64,000 bases of DNA, taken from contig CAMAXV010000003.1 of assembly GCA_945862385.1 (NCBI GenBank), positions 156,522 through 220,521 on the forward strand, in the 5' to 3' direction. Of the stretch, positions 36,329-44,562 are shown in pieces. The stretch comes from Chitinophaga pinensis. Lineage in GTDB: Bacteria; Bacteroidota; Bacteroidia; Chitinophagales; Chitinophagaceae. The notes beneath the pieces were generated by a model, which saw nothing but the letters and a program-made list of their open reading frames with translations, searched no databases and was not told the origin of the DNA. The translations under genes were made by a program, and so were the position numbers. Numbering within the stretch: the stretch's first letter is position 1; each line of letters starts with the position of its first letter.

Positions 36329-37348
36329 ATGATCAATGATATAATTTCAGGTGTTTTACAAAAATTTCCAATTGAATCAGACCCTGCCCTTTTGGCAGAT
36401 TTGAAAAGAGCATTGCAATACAGACAGGAAGCTAGATCCCCGGAGGAGGTTAGAAATACTTACCTGCAGAATCTGGCGATACCGCAAATTGTTTTGTTTG
36501 ATATCCTTGCCAACAAGTTCCCTATCGTGCTGAAAGCACAAGAAATAATCAATTCTCTTTTGTGCAAGCATGCAAGTCTCCATAGTCAAATAACTATGCT
36601 GGACATAGGAATTGGACGGGGTCTTCAAATGGAAAAGCTACTCAGAGAAATTGACAGGATACCTCATATTGAGAAGGTCACATTGATTGGTATTGAAATA
36701 TTTAGACCTGCACTTGATTTCACTACCCGAAACTTGATTGAATTATCAAAGGAACTACATTTTGAACTGAATTTTGTCCCAGTGCATTCGTCTATTGAAG
36801 AAATTGATTTCAAGTTACTGGCAACGAAAATACCCGGCAATTCAACACAGTTAATGGTAAATGCTTCACTCTGTCTTCATCATATACAATCAATGGACCA
36901 GAGAAGTGAGTTGTTCCGTGAGATAAATTCATTTCAACCTGAATTATTCACTTTAATAGAACCCAACACCGACTGCTTTACAGATGATTTTGAAAAAAGG
37001 CTGAACAATACTTTTGAACATTTCAATGCATTATACCAATATATAGATACGCTTAACTTATTGACTGAGGAAAAAAAAGGATTGAAACAATTTTTTTCAA
37101 CTGAATTCTTCGATGCCATTGCCCTGCCTGAAGCCTACCGATTTGAAAAATATCAAACAGGAGAACAATGGGTTGAAACAGGAAAACTAAATGGCTTTAT
37201 CCCAAAAGATTTAAGTGGAGTTGCAGCCGGCACAAACATCAGTGATATAACTTGTGAATCAGAATTCTCCGGCTACCTTAACTTTAAATTCAAGGAAAGC
37301 AGCATTCTTTCAGTCATTGCTTTTGAATCAAAGTCAGGCAGACTATAG
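36329..37348 (+). CDS. Rossmann-fold methyltransferase-like protein of the bacterial GRAS-like family
   Basis: MLDIGIGRG is a motif-I-like SAM-MTase block. LMVNASLCLHHI, PELFTLIEPNTDCFTDDFEKRLNNTFEHFNALYQYIDTL and RFEKYQTGEQWVETGKLNGF occur in the same order as the plant GRAS VHIID, LH, PFYRE and SAW blocks. The start abuts the dapA stop (TGAATG). Confidence 0.5.
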   Translation: MINDIISGVLQKFPIESDPALLADLKRALQYRQEARSPEEVRNTYLQNLAIPQIVLFDILANKFPIVLKAQEIINSLLCKHASLHSQITMLDIGIGRGLQMEKLLREIDRIPHIEKVTLIGIEIFRPALDFTTRNLIELSKELHFELNFVPVHSSIEEIDFKLLATKIPGNSTQLMVNASLCLHHIQSMDQRSELFREINSFQPELFTLIEPNTDCFTDDFEKRLNNTFEHFNALYQYIDTLNLLTEEKKGLKQFFSTEFFDAIALPEAYRFEKYQTGEQWVETGKLNGFIPKDLSGVAAGTNISDITCESEFSGYLNFKFKESSILSVIAFESKSGRL

Positions 37349-38029
37349 TGAATTTACATCTCGCCACCGCCCTTTCAGTCCATTATCCATTATTGACGCC
37401 TCAAGTAATTCAAGATATTCATTCCGCCCAATCAGACTGGCTCCCATAGACATCAGGTGCGCATTTTCCAATTGTGCGTCAATAAGACCATAATTCAGAG
37501 AATTTGCAATTTCAGCCAGCTTCCAAAATGCGAATTTTGAAGCATTGGATTCCCTGCTGAACATGCTTTCCCCACAGAATATATTTCCAATTGCCATGCC
37601 ATATAGCCCCCCAACCAACTCATCTCCCCGCCAAACTTCAACCGAATGAGCGTAGCCAAGTACATGAAGCTTTTTATAACAACTGATGATATCGGGTAAT
37701 ATCCAGGTATTACCTTCCCTGCCATTACCTGCACAGTGCTTGATGACATCACTGAAACACTTGTCTGTTGTATATGTCCATTTTTGTTTACGGGCAGCCT
37801 GTTGTAAGGATTTTGATGGTATAAAAGTATCAGGATAAAAAACACAACGTTCCACCGGACAAAACCATTCCGGCATATCAGGTTCATTGTACCATGGAAA
37901 AATACCCATACTATAGGCCTTTAACACCCGTTCAGGTGTCAAAGTGCCTCCAACTGCCACCAAGTCAAATTCATATTCATGTGAGGGAGGAAACCAGATT
38001 TCTTCTTCATCCAGTAAATAGACAGACAT
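37343..38029 (-). CDS. aat: leucyl/phenylalanyl-tRNA--protein transferase
   Basis: GIFPWY, VEVW..DELVGGLYG...G..FCGESMFS and FGLIDAQ-like (YGLIDAQ) blocks; 228 aa. Confidence 0.85.
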   Translation of the reverse strand: MSVYLLDEEEIWFPPSHEYEFDLVAVGGTLTPERVLKAYSMGIFPWYNEPDMPEWFCPVERCVFYPDTFIPSKSLQQAARKQKWTYTTDKCFSDVIKHCAGNGREGNTWILPDIISCYKKLHVLGYAHSVEVWRGDELVGGLYGMAIGNIFCGESMFSRESNASKFAFWKLAEIANSLNYGLIDAQLENAHLMSMGASLIGRNEYLELLEASIMDNGLKGRWRDVNSL

Positions 38030-38049
38030 AACTGCATAGCTGTTTAAGA

Positions 38050-39246
38050 TCAGTTCAGAATCCAGTTTTTATACCTGTGCATGGCCTCCAGGAAATAATA
38101 ATCTCCATATGTAAGCGGAACATCAACCTCTGATTTTGCAGGCAGGTGTCCTACGCCATGCATCAACACAAATCCTCCGTTTTCGCCCTGCTTTGCCCTG
38201 TATTCGTCAGACGCCAGCTTTACAATAATCTTGCGTGCAGCTTCAACATACATTTTGCTTTCTTTCCCTTTTGTATAGCGGGAAAGTTCAAGTAAACCTG
38301 AAGCCAAAACAGAAGCCGCAGATGCATCCCTCAGCGCATTGGGAATATCGGGAGCATTGAAGTCCCAGTAAGGGATTAAATCTTCAGGCATATTCGGATG
38401 ATTCATCAAAAACTTGATGATATTTCTTGCCTGATTCAGATAACGCTCATCCTTTACAAACCTGTACATCATGGTAAATCCATAAAAACCCCATGCCTGA
38501 CCACGTGCCCATGTGGATGCGTCGTTATAGCCTTGGTGATTTTTACCGGCAATCAGTTTACCCGTTGAAAGATCATAATCCAAAACATGGAAAGCACTAA
38601 AATCTGGTCTGTAATGATTGGCAATTGTGCTGTTGGCATGGTTTATGGCAATTTCCCTGAATTTGGCATCACCACCGTTCTCTGACACCCAAAGCAACAG
38701 CTCGAGATTCATCATATTATCTATGATGACCGGACAATTAAAAGGAGGACGCTTATTCCAGCTCTGAATGGATTTGATTTCCGGCCTGTAGCGGGTAATC
38801 AAAGACATGGCAGCAGTATCAATAGTTGTCTTGTCTGCAGGATTCTTGAATAAACGGTATGCATTACCAAATGGATTGAACATCATAAAGCCCAGATCAT
38901 GATTACCGGTGTAATGCTTTTCCTTTTCCTGAATCGCCAAACGCTTCTTTGCAATCCGAAGAATTTCCTGATCCTGTGTATGCTCAAAAATATACAACAA
39001 ACTGCCAGGGAAAAAACCACTGCACCACCACTTTGTATTGCTCACCTCTACTTTTCCGGTCAGCTTATTAAGTGTCTTGGGCATCATGGTATCTGGCACA
39101 TTCTTTTCAAGCAGTTTATATTGTACAGCTGCATTGGCAAACTGTTCTTCAATTAGAACAGCCATATCTACTTTTTTATCCTGAGCAAGTATTTGTGTGG
39201 AAAATGCTCCGAAAAATGCCAATGCTATAAAGTATCTTTTTTTCAT
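38050..39246 (-). CDS. glycoside hydrolase family 88 (unsaturated glucuronyl/galacturonyl hydrolase)
   Basis: Signal peptide, WWCSGFFPGSLLY, HDLGFMM and WARGQAWGFYGF blocks typical of GH88. Confidence 0.8.
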   Translation of the reverse strand: MKKRYFIALAFFGAFSTQILAQDKKVDMAVLIEEQFANAAVQYKLLEKNVPDTMMPKTLNKLTGKVEVSNTKWWCSGFFPGSLLYIFEHTQDQEILRIAKKRLAIQEKEKHYTGNHDLGFMMFNPFGNAYRLFKNPADKTTIDTAAMSLITRYRPEIKSIQSWNKRPPFNCPVIIDNMMNLELLLWVSENGGDAKFREIAINHANSTIANHYRPDFSAFHVLDYDLSTGKLIAGKNHQGYNDASTWARGQAWGFYGFTMMYRFVKDERYLNQARNIIKFLMNHPNMPEDLIPYWDFNAPDIPNALRDASAASVLASGLLELSRYTKGKESKMYVEAARKIIVKLASDEYRAKQGENGGFVLMHGVGHLPAKSEVDVPLTYGDYYFLEAMHRYKNWILN

Positions 39247-39360
39247 TTTAAAAAATTATGATACAATAAATATAATGAGATTAACTTCAAATCTTTTAAT
39301 TAAAACCAAATTTTATTAAGCCTTCATAGGTTACTCATTAAACTACTAATTTCCAGCCTG

Positions 39361-40821
39361 ATGAAAATGCAAATTGAATGTATCAATGTATTTGTACAAC
39401 TTGGAGGCAAGCCTGTTCTTAAGCAAATAAACCTCCTCATTGATACTGATGAAAACCTGGCCATAACTGGTGAAAGTGGAAGCGGAAAATCAAGTCTGGC
39501 AAGGGCTATAAGCCAAAAGATTTTCTTCAGGGGCGAAATAAATTTTCTATCAGAGGATAGGCGCAAACTATCCCCTCACATCATCTTGATTGAACAACAG
39601 CATGAGTTTAAAAACAACAGCAATGTAAGTAACTTCTATTACCAGCAAAGGTTTAACGCGTGTGATGCTGATGATGCGCTTACAGTAGAGGCTGAACTGA
39701 CCAAACTGCAAGCTGGCAATAATGATGAATGGATTAGTTTGCTGGGACTGAAACCACTTCTCGATAAGCCCATGATTCAATTGTCTAATGGAGAAAACAA
39801 AAGGCTTCAGCTTGCCAAAGCACTCATACAGGAACCAGAATTGTTAATATTGGATAGTCCGTTTACTGGTCTGGACATTGCAGGAAGAGCATTACTCATT
39901 AATGTTATCAAACAATTGATTGATAAGGGAATCAGGATAATACTCATTGCTCCCCTTAGTGAGATACCGGATTATTTTGATAAAACAGCTGTACTGAAAA
40001 ATGGAAAATTAGAAAGAATTTACAGCAAGGGTGAAATCGGAATAACCGGACAAACTTTGAATAGCGATGCGGCTGCTCTTTCTGAAAACCAAGTCAATGC
40101 CATAAAGGACATTTATGCGCTTCAATCATTCCCATTCAATGAAGTTGTACGTATGAACGACGTCAATATCTCCTACAATGGAAAAAGTATTTTAACCAAT
40201 ATCAATTGGACAATTAAAAAAGGTGAACGTTGGGCTGTTTCCGGTCCAAATGGCGCTGGTAAATCTACATTGCTTAGCCTGATCACAGCAGATAACCCAC
40301 AGGCCTATGCCAATGATATATGGCTGTTTGAAAGGAAAAGAGGATCGGGCGAGTCAATATGGGAGATCAAAAAAAATATAGGATATGTGTCGCCTGAACT
40401 GCATCTTTATTTTGATAAGGGAATAAGTGTGTTTGATGCTGTGGCATCAGGACTGTTTGATACAATCGGACTGTTCAGAAAACCAAATAACAGTCAGGTT
40501 GAAAAAATCAATGTATGGCTGAATGTACTCGGAATTGAAGAACTTGGAACACGTATGATTCATCAACTCTCTTTGGGGCAGCAAAGGTTGGTAATGCTCG
40601 CAAGGGCTTTGGTAAAAGCGCCTCCACTCCTTATCCTTGATGAACCCTGTCAGGGTCTGGATATTACACAAACAAATGGCTTCAGATCATTGATCGAAGC
40701 CATTTGCCAGGTTTCTGACACATCCTTGATTTATGTAAGTCACTACATAAATGACATTCCCAACTCTATTCAACAGAAATTAAATTTAAGAGAAGGGAAT
40801 GCTATACAGGATCTTAACTAA
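39361..40821 (+). CDS. tandem-domain ABC ATPase without membrane partner (ModF-like)
   Basis: It has two nucleotide-binding domains. Walker A motifs are GESGSGKS and GPNGAGKS, signature motifs are LSNGENKR and LSLGQQR, and Walker B motifs are LLILDSP and LLILDEP. Confidence 0.75.
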   Translation: MKMQIECINVFVQLGGKPVLKQINLLIDTDENLAITGESGSGKSSLARAISQKIFFRGEINFLSEDRRKLSPHIILIEQQHEFKNNSNVSNFYYQQRFNACDADDALTVEAELTKLQAGNNDEWISLLGLKPLLDKPMIQLSNGENKRLQLAKALIQEPELLILDSPFTGLDIAGRALLINVIKQLIDKGIRIILIAPLSEIPDYFDKTAVLKNGKLERIYSKGEIGITGQTLNSDAAALSENQVNAIKDIYALQSFPFNEVVRMNDVNISYNGKSILTNINWTIKKGERWAVSGPNGAGKSTLLSLITADNPQAYANDIWLFERKRGSGESIWEIKKNIGYVSPELHLYFDKGISVFDAVASGLFDTIGLFRKPNNSQVEKINVWLNVLGIEELGTRMIHQLSLGQQRLVMLARALVKAPPLLILDEPCQGLDITQTNGFRSLIEAICQVSDTSLIYVSHYINDIPNSIQQKLNLREGNAIQDLN

Positions 40822-41236
40822 CAACAGAGAGAGTTGTTCCAGTAACCTGTAAATTCTTCTTGATAAGTCCTGTAGTAGCAGGGCCATTTTTCAGCGTGCC
40901 ATCTGCATTAAAATTGGATCCGTGCAGGGAGCAGTTGAAAGTGTTATTTGTCTTTACAAACGTAACCGCGTTACCTCTGTGTGGACATTCGTTGTTAAAG
41001 GCAATAAAGCTTGCAGCTACATTACCAGCGGCAGTTCTAACTACAATAATTCCTTTGTCTGATACATAATCCCCAACAGCTGTGATCTGTGTTGAAAGAT
41101 TGACAGTCAACAATGCTGGTGTTGTTGGTGTCGTTGGTGTGGTTGTCTCTTCCTTTGAACAGGCATTCATCATGCAGGCAACGCAGGTGAGTCCGATACC
41201 ACCTCCCAATTTTCCGAGGAATTCTTTCCTTTCCAT
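40814..41236 (-). CDS. Rieske [2Fe-2S] domain lipoprotein
   Basis: CPHRG...CSLHGS is the Rieske CxH...CxxH motif. The N-terminus MERKEFLGKLGGG...MMNACSKE looks like a Tat-like (RK) signal with a lipobox, followed by a Thr/Pro linker. Confidence 0.75.
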   Translation of the reverse strand: MERKEFLGKLGGGIGLTCVACMMNACSKEETTTPTTPTTPALLTVNLSTQITAVGDYVSDKGIIVVRTAAGNVAASFIAFNNECPHRGNAVTFVKTNNTFNCSLHGSNFNADGTLKNGPATTGLIKKNLQVTGTTLSVVS

Positions 41237-41389
41237 AGAGCTTTATTTGTTTGTTAAAAAAATGAGTTATTAGTGGCTCCACCAGAAATTGGATAGAGTA
41301 AATCTATTACAAAAAACGGAATATTGGAAAAAATTATATAACTACTTAAAAACTCTATGCAAATTTGACAATTTTATGACAATTTGAGG

Positions 41390-43768
41390 TTAAAAATCTA
41401 TCTTGTAGCCAAATACCGGAATCCTACCTAGCAGATAAGAATAAACGATAGTACCGCTTGCCGCATCATAACGCTGGCCAATCTGATTTTTTCTGTTCAT
41501 TGCATTTTGCATACCCAGTATAAAACTGCCCGATAAGCCCTGTCTTTGAACCTTCCATTGAACCTGAAAATCAATCCTGAAAACTGGTTTTAACTTATCA
41601 GTATAAACTTTACCAGCTTGTAAAATGGTTGTACGCTGCAACTTTGATTTAACCAGATCAATTGGAGAAACCCGAACTCCACCTGCTGCAATTAATTTTA
41701 AATCCAGACCAATAGATGATGTTTTCTGCTTGCCGTATGTCCATTCTTTGCCAGTAGCCAGGGTAAATGATGAGTTAGAATTGTAGCGGGTACTGCGCCA
41801 GATATTATCTGAAGCCCGGTAAGTTGACTGATACAAACTCAATGTACTCAGCAGATAAAACCTGTTATTTAAAAAACGCTCCAATGTAAACTCAAATCCC
41901 CTATTCAAGCCATTTCCCTTGTTGACCAATCGCTCAATGGCAAAATCATCAACCATATTGATAACACTGTAACTCGAAGCAACTGAAGCCTGGACGGGTA
42001 TTCGACTTAACCACTGATAATATGCTTCAGTCTTTAAATTCCAGAATTTCCCAAACTGTATCGTATATCCCAACACATAGTGCCGAGCCTGGCTGAAATC
42101 AAGGTTTTGATTTGGCATGAGGGTGTCTGCCCCAACCCTTATCCGCGCAAAATAATTTCCTATCGGCTGAGTCTGAGCATGTGAGCCTAGTCCGAATGAC
42201 AGGTATTGACCTTGCCCAATCATCCACCTCAAACCTGCACGTGGTCCGACAGAACCTTTTTTATTCAACGCAAAGTATTGTCCATGTAAGCCCAGCTGAA
42301 ATGATAGCCGATCACCGGGATCCCATTTCCACTGCAGGAAATAATTCGTTAATCTGGTATTACCGGTCATCCTTACTTTATCGCGGAGCGTATTCCCTAT
42401 AGCCTCCCGCTGTAATAAATCAAACCCTTTGCCACTGCTGTACAGTCCTGTTTTTATTACCTGTTTTTTAGTGAGCTTATGGGTCAGCACAGTAGAAAGA
42501 ATATGATTGCTTTCAGAGAATCGGTTTTTCCGGGTGAAGATAACCGGTCCTGTAAATGCATCAAGTCTATTGTCTTCCTCTCTGTACCCAGAACCATTGA
42601 TACTGTAGATAGTTCTAATCAGACTCTTGCTACCCAAACGCACCTGATGTGAAAATCCAACGATACCCGCATCCGCTTTATCAAGCGTTCCTCTTCGTGT
42701 AGACGGATCATTCAGCCAGTCAGACTCCTTTTTAGCCAATTCATCTTCCTGCAAACTCAGTCCGCCAAAACCAAATATTGAAAATGCTCCTGCCTTTCCA
42801 GCAGGTAAATAAATATTGAAAGAGAGGTCCTGAAAAGAAGTTTTATCATCAGAAATTTTGAAACCCAATTGCTGCATCAGGGTAAGAAATCCATAGCGGT
42901 AATTGATCAGGTAAGAACCACCATAGCCCTTTTTAAAATACCCTTCAGTGGCAAAATCAAGACCAATTGTACTCAGGGAAATGGTATGTTCACGTTTGTC
43001 TTTGTTACCCTTACGTAACCGGATATCGAAAACTCCAGAAAGGGCATTGCCATATTCTGCTGGAAAAGCACCTGAAAGAAAGTCTGAATTAGCAAGCAAC
43101 TGGGCACTCAAAATGGAGATTGCTCCACCTGATGTGCCAACCCTGGCAAAATGATTGGGATTAGGAATATCAACACCTTCCATTCGCCACAACAATCCGT
43201 TTGGAGCATTACCGCGTATGATTAGTCCGTTTCCATCTCCAGCTGCGCTTACTCCGGCAAAAGCCGTTGCTATCCTGGAAGGATCGTTGAGCCCGGCAGC
43301 AAACCTCCTGGTTTCATCAACACTAAACATGCGTCCGCTTACCATAGACATGTCATTCAGGGGACGACTTTTATTCAGATTCGAACGGATAATGATTTCC
43401 TTAGTTTGTGTAACCGCATCTTCCATCTCTACATTCAGGAACAACTCTTTACCTGATTCGAGATTGACATTATTCATTTGAATCTGCCGGTACCCGACAA
43501 ACGTAACGCGAAGGATGTACCTACCAACAGGTATTTCACGAAATTGAAAAAAACCGTTACTATCAGCCACCGCCTGACGGATATTGGTTCCTTCCAGCAT
43601 CACCGATGCTCCCTTCAATGGCAGTTGAATAGCACGATCAACTACATATCCTTTAATTGACTGACGAGGGGTTTCCTGCGCTAAGCTATAATGAAGCTGA
43701 AAAAACCATAGTAAGCAGATCAAAAAAGCAGATTTAAAGCTGAAAACACCCATAAGGCAATTTATCAA
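41390..43768 (-). CDS. TonB-dependent receptor with N-terminal carboxypeptidase-regulatory-like domain
   Basis: 792 aa, with a signal peptide, IKGYVVDRAIQLPLKGASVMLEG (CarbopepD_reg-like), a plug region and a C-terminal beta-barrel ending in F. Confidence 0.8.
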   Translation of the reverse strand: MINCLMGVFSFKSAFLICLLWFFQLHYSLAQETPRQSIKGYVVDRAIQLPLKGASVMLEGTNIRQAVADSNGFFQFREIPVGRYILRVTFVGYRQIQMNNVNLESGKELFLNVEMEDAVTQTKEIIIRSNLNKSRPLNDMSMVSGRMFSVDETRRFAAGLNDPSRIATAFAGVSAAGDGNGLIIRGNAPNGLLWRMEGVDIPNPNHFARVGTSGGAISILSAQLLANSDFLSGAFPAEYGNALSGVFDIRLRKGNKDKREHTISLSTIGLDFATEGYFKKGYGGSYLINYRYGFLTLMQQLGFKISDDKTSFQDLSFNIYLPAGKAGAFSIFGFGGLSLQEDELAKKESDWLNDPSTRRGTLDKADAGIVGFSHQVRLGSKSLIRTIYSINGSGYREEDNRLDAFTGPVIFTRKNRFSESNHILSTVLTHKLTKKQVIKTGLYSSGKGFDLLQREAIGNTLRDKVRMTGNTRLTNYFLQWKWDPGDRLSFQLGLHGQYFALNKKGSVGPRAGLRWMIGQGQYLSFGLGSHAQTQPIGNYFARIRVGADTLMPNQNLDFSQARHYVLGYTIQFGKFWNLKTEAYYQWLSRIPVQASVASSYSVINMVDDFAIERLVNKGNGLNRGFEFTLERFLNNRFYLLSTLSLYQSTYRASDNIWRSTRYNSNSSFTLATGKEWTYGKQKTSSIGLDLKLIAAGGVRVSPIDLVKSKLQRTTILQAGKVYTDKLKPVFRIDFQVQWKVQRQGLSGSFILGMQNAMNRKNQIGQRYDAASGTIVYSYLLGRIPVFGYKIDF

Positions 43769-43834
43769 CCATTATAATACAAATAAAAAAAATATATATT
43801 AATATTTTTTAACGATATTGTTACAAAGCTATTG

Positions 43835-44515
43835 ATGGAGAATCATGTGATTATGGAACCCCTGACACCAATTTGGTGGGCCTGCATCGCAACTGTTGTT
43901 GGTATCATTGTCATTCTGGTGTCTTTACCCTTCTGGGCTTCATGGGCAAAACACAAATACTATACCCGGGCCATTGCAATTTTGTTGATAGTAAATCTGG
44001 TGATTGAAAACACCTATGCCATATGGATCGGAAGCTGGTCTTTAAAAAATAACCTTCCACTTCACCTGTGTGGTATCAGCAACATCATAGGCATGATTTT
44101 ATTATTCAGATTTAATACCGCGCTGGCACAGGTGTTTTTCTATTTCGGACTAACCGGCGGAATACACGCTATGATTACCCCAGAATTTGATCTGGGTGAT
44201 CAGGGTTTTTTCTTCTACAGTTACTTTATTACGCATGGCAGCCTGCTCCTGATATGTTCATTTATGATTATTCACCACAGGTTTAGACCTGAAAAAAACT
44301 CCTGGCTAAAAACATTCGTGATCATACAGTTTATTGCGCTGGTGATTGGATTATTCAACTGGAGCACCGGTTCAAATTACATGTTTCTTTCTAGCCCTCC
44401 AATCGTTGACAACCCACTGATCATCGGAAACTGGCCCTGGTATATCCTGGTTTTTGAGGCCCTAGCCATTGTGCATTTCTTCATGTTTTACAAATTGTTC
44501 AGGTTAATCAAATAA
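43835..44515 (+). CDS. integral membrane protein (YwaF/TIGR02206-like)
   Basis: About seven hydrophobic helices and an LPLHLCG motif. The family call is from memory. Confidence 0.45.
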   Translation: MENHVIMEPLTPIWWACIATVVGIIVILVSLPFWASWAKHKYYTRAIAILLIVNLVIENTYAIWIGSWSLKNNLPLHLCGISNIIGMILLFRFNTALAQVFFYFGLTGGIHAMITPEFDLGDQGFFFYSYFITHGSLLLICSFMIIHHRFRPEKNSWLKTFVIIQFIALVIGLFNWSTGSNYMFLSSPPIVDNPLIIGNWPWYILVFEALAIVHFFMFYKLFRLIK

Positions 44516-44562
44516 TAGGTATATTCGTTTATGTGTAAATAGTACACAAACATAAACGAATC

